This document shows positions 60,781 to 64,000 of a DNA stretch of 64,000 nucleotides, piece after piece. The stretch's first letter is position 1, and each line of letters starts with the position of its first letter. Made by a program: the position numbers and the translations under genes. The stretch lies in NCBI GenBank assembly GCA_965644315.1, contig CBFFRQ010000029.1, forward strand, positions 186,001 through 250,000. The letters are read 5' to 3'. The stretch comes from Caecitellus pseudoparvulus. Taxonomy: Eukaryota; Protista; Bigyra: Bicosoecida. The notes below the pieces were generated by a model. The model worked only from the letters and a program-made list of their open reading frames with translations, ran no database searches and was not told the origin of the DNA.

Positions 60781-62055
60781 ATGGCCGCGGAAGCCGGGGC
60801 GGCAGCACCCCCCGCCGCGGAGGATGCCGAGACTCCCGCCGAGCCTGCGCCAGAGCCAGCGCCCATCATGCCGACGGAGGCCATTGTGCACCCCATCGGT
60901 GAGAGAGCCCTGCCGTGAGGTTGGCGGCGTGCTGGGACGCCTGCACTCTGTCCTGATGGTGCTGGCTTCGCAGTGCTGTTGAGCGTGGTGGACCACTACA
61001 ATCGCGTGGCCAAGGACACGGACAAGCGCGTTGTGGGAGTGCTGCTTGGCGAGACGGACAAGGAAGGCAAGGTGGACGTCACCACGAGCTTCGCAGTGCC
61101 GTTTGAGGAGGACCCACAGGACTCCAGTATCTGGTACCTGGACCACAACTTCCTGGAGTCCATGACAGCCATGTTCCGGAAGGTGAACTGTGCGTGCGCG
61201 CCATCGTCAGTAGCCACGTCCGTGGCACTTGAAACGCCAGCGCAACGCACCCCGCCACGCCAACCCCTGCGCGCCCTCAGCGCGAGAGAAGATCGTGGGA
61301 TTCTACAGCACTGGACCCAAGATTCGCCCTGCTGACATTGAAGTGGATGCACTGTTCAGAGGGTACACCGCGCACCCGATCTTTGTCATCGTGGACATCA
61401 GGCCAGAGGCAGATGGCATTCCCACACAAGCCTACGTGTCTGCCGAAGAAGTGGCCGAGGTGCGACGCCGCCGTGTGCCCTTGTATCACCATGCACCCAC
61501 CCTCACTTGTCCGCGCCTGGTGCTCCGCAGGGCAAGGCTGCCACACGCAGCTTCCAGCACGTTGCGTCAAGCGTTGGGGCACACGAGCCCGAGGAGATCG
61601 GCGTGGAACACCTGCTGCGCGATGTGAATGACCCGTCCGTGTCGGAGCTGGCTGCAGAAGTGCGCCACAAGTTGCTGGGCCTGAAGGGCTTGGCGTCTCG
61701 CCTGCAGGAGATGGGCAGGTACTTGGGCGCCGTGCTGACTGGGGACCTCCCCGTGAACCACGACATCATGTACCGCCTGCAGCGCATTCTGAACCTGCTG
61801 CCCAACCTGGGCGTGGAGAAGCTGGTCACCGCCTTTGCACGCGTCGGCAACGACCTGCACCTGGCCATCTACCTGGGCAACCTCGTCCGCTCCATCACTG
61901 CCCTGCACGACCTCGTGAACAACAAGCTGCAGTACAGGGACGTGGAGGACAGCATCTTCGCTGCAGAGAAGGGTGGTGCCGCTGCCGACCCTGCAGCGGC
62001 CAAGGGTGGCAAGGAGTCGGATGCCGCTGCTGGCAGCAGCGAGAGCAAGAAGTGA
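60781..62055 (+). CDS. PSMD7: 26S proteasome lid subunit Rpn8 (MPN domain)
   Basis: Introns 60899-60973, 61190-61280 and 61460-61530. [85 protein letters not shown]. Confidence 0.97.
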
Positions 62056-62213
62056 GCCTGGCACAGCAGCGCGTCGCCGACTGCCCGCGGCACGGGCCAC
62101 TTTTTTCTTTCAACTAAGAATGTACGTCACACCTGCAGGTCTTGGCAGTTGTCCTTGCCACGCCCCTGCAGAGGCTGTTCGCTCGGTGGCGTTTCACGCA
62201 CGTTGCGTGCAGC

Positions 62214-64000
62214 ATGGCCAGTGCTGAGCCCGTTGCGGGTGGGGGCGGGAAACAGGGTTCGTTGGCGCCCCACTGGCGCAATCGCGTGTGGAATCAATTG
62301 CCCCCCTGCTTCCTTGCAGACTCAGACGAGCTGTATGAAGTTGCGCTGCTGCTGGACGAGCTGCGGCACCAGGATGTGCAGGTTCGCGTGAACGCCATGC
62401 GGCAGCTCCCCCGAATCGGTGTGTGGCAAAGCCGCGTGCAGGCAGGCAAAAAGCGGCAAGTGCACGCACCCCCTTCGTAAATTCGCCCTTCCCTTCCCCT
62501 CAGCCAAGGCCCTGGGGCCTGAGCGTGCCCGTGACGAACTCATCCCATTCCTCGTTGGTGGGTGCTGCTGCTGGCGCGGCTGGCCTCCGTCCCTGCACCC
62601 CGCGCTGCCGCTCGCTGGGCGCAGACTCTGTGGATGATGACGACGAGGTGCTCATTGTCGTCGCAGAGGGCCTGGGTGAGTCACCACGGCGGCCCTGCAA
62701 CTGTGCATCACCACACCCTCCCGCACCCTCCCGCACCAGCTGACCTGGTGCCACTGGTGGGCCCGCCTGAGCACGCCCATGCGCTACTGCCACCCCTGGA
62801 GCGCCTGGCCACGGTGGAGGAGGTGTCTGTCCGCGACGCGGCAGTGAAGGGGCTGTCACAGGTTGCCAGTGCGCTGAGCGCAGACGACCTCACGCAGCAC
62901 TACCTGCCCCTCGTACAGCGCCTGGCGTCGCGGGACTGGTTCACAGCGCGCATTTCCGCCGCAGGCCTGCTGCCCCCCGTGTACGCACAGCTGTACCCGT
63001 CCCAGGCGACGGCCCTGCAGGACATCTACTCAGCCTTGGCGCGGGACCTGACGCCCATGGTGCGGCGGGCAGCCTCGGCTCACTTCGGCAAGCTGACCAG
63101 CCTGGTGTCCACGGAGGGCCTGACTGGCTTCCTGCTGCCCCTCGCACAGCAGCTGGCCCGGGACGACCAGGACAGCATCCGCCTGCTGGCCATTGACAAC
63201 TGCACCGCCCTGGCCAATGCCTGGGTGGAGGCGGGCGCCACCGGCTCCCTGCCCCGCGACGTGCACGATTTGGTGGTGGAGTTGGCGAAGGACGCCAGTT
63301 GGAGGGTGCGGTGGAGTGTGGCGCACGGCATGGGGGCGGCCATGAAGCCCCTGACCGATCCACAGCACCTAGCCACCCTTGCGGGCGCCTTCGCAACCCT
63401 GTGTGGGGACGCCGAGGCGGAGGTACGCACGGCGGCAGCAGGGGAGGTGGGGGCAGTTGCCGCGCTGCTGGGCAAGGAGCAGGCAGTGCAGGTGCTAGTG
63501 CCGGGCGTGGCAGGGCTGGCTGACGACCCCAGCGAGCACGTGCGGGGGGCCTTGGCTCGCGTGGTCATGGGCATGGCCGGCACGCTTGGCGAGGAGGCCA
63601 CGGTGGAGCACCTGCTGCCGCTGTTCCTGAAGCTGCTGCGGGACACCGAGAGCACGGTGCGGCTGAACATCATCGGGTCCCTGGAGGCGGTGAACGCCGT
63701 CATCGGCGTGCGCCTGCTGGTGGAAAGCCTGCTGCCAGCCATCATGGAGCTGTCCGAGGACAAGCAGTGGCGCGTGCGCCAGGCCATCATCGCCTTCGTG
63801 CCCCTCCTGGCCAAGCAGCTGGGCCGGGACATCTTCGACAAGGAACTCACGGCCCTCTGCCTGCGCTGGCTGTCCGACGAAGTGGCCAGCATCCGGTCGC
63901 AGGCGGTGGCCGTGCTGGCGGACCTGGCGCGGGAGTTCGGCACACAGTGGGCCCTGGACACCGTCCTGCCGGCCCTCGCCAAGCTGAAGGGCGCGCAGAG
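62214..64000 (+). CDS. PPP2R1A: PP2A scaffold A subunit (HEAT repeats), 3' end beyond window
   Basis: Introns 62239-62319, 62419-62503, 62558-62624 and 62676-62739. LYEVALLLDELRHQDVQVR, ALGPERARDELIPFL, DDDDEVL, LLPPLERLATVEE.VRD.AV, DWFTARISA, TPMVRRAA, DQDSIRLLA, SWRVR, EAEVR, LLPLFLKLLRD, WRVR.AII. Confidence 0.97.

Noticed and set aside
887-62739. Introner-like mobile introns or non-canonical splice sites
   Set aside because: The introns show no evident mutual similarity, terminal inverted repeats or target-site duplications; all modelled introns are GT-AG.
1-64000. Alternative genetic code or stop-codon reassignment
   Set aside because: Long conserved genes (dynein, UTP25, RPN8, PP2A-A) translate cleanly in the standard code; apparent breaks are explained by introns; TGA, TAG and TAA all occur as terminators.

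Overview
Gene-dense, GC-rich nuclear DNA of a flagellated, probably phagotrophic protist. A stramenopile such as a bicosoecid or other Bigyra is my inference from gene content and intron style, not something I could verify. I reconstructed 21 protein-coding genes (two cut by the window edges) by hand-splicing about 29 canonical GT-AG introns, mostly 63-91 nt and 5'-biased. In order: PDZ/coiled-coil protein, BRO1-domain protein, degenerate aldo-keto reductase, MMACHC/CblC, EGF-PSI-TM-RING-H2 receptor-like E3 ligase, SF-assemblin-like protein, axonemal inner-arm dynein heavy chain (DNAH6-like), GCR1/cAMP-receptor-like GPCR, large coiled-coil protein, UTP25, GH25 lysozyme, GT25 glycosyltransferase, coiled-coil protein, SHIP-like inositol 5-phosphatase, TFIIIC TPR subunit, split-PH protein, MARCH-type RINGv ligase, PWWP+TFIIS-N protein, IQ protein, RPN8 and the PP2A A scaffold. 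I found no tRNA, rRNA, CRISPR array or mobile element. Three observations stand out: (1) four of five convergent gene pairs have stop codons 0, 1 or 2 nt apart or overlap in coding sequence; (2) an attractin/MEGF8-like ectodomain is fused directly to a RING-H2 ligase; (3) a SHIP-type 5-phosphatase-C2 module carries three tandem PH-like domains instead of SH2. All family calls come from motif recognition by eye; no database search was run.
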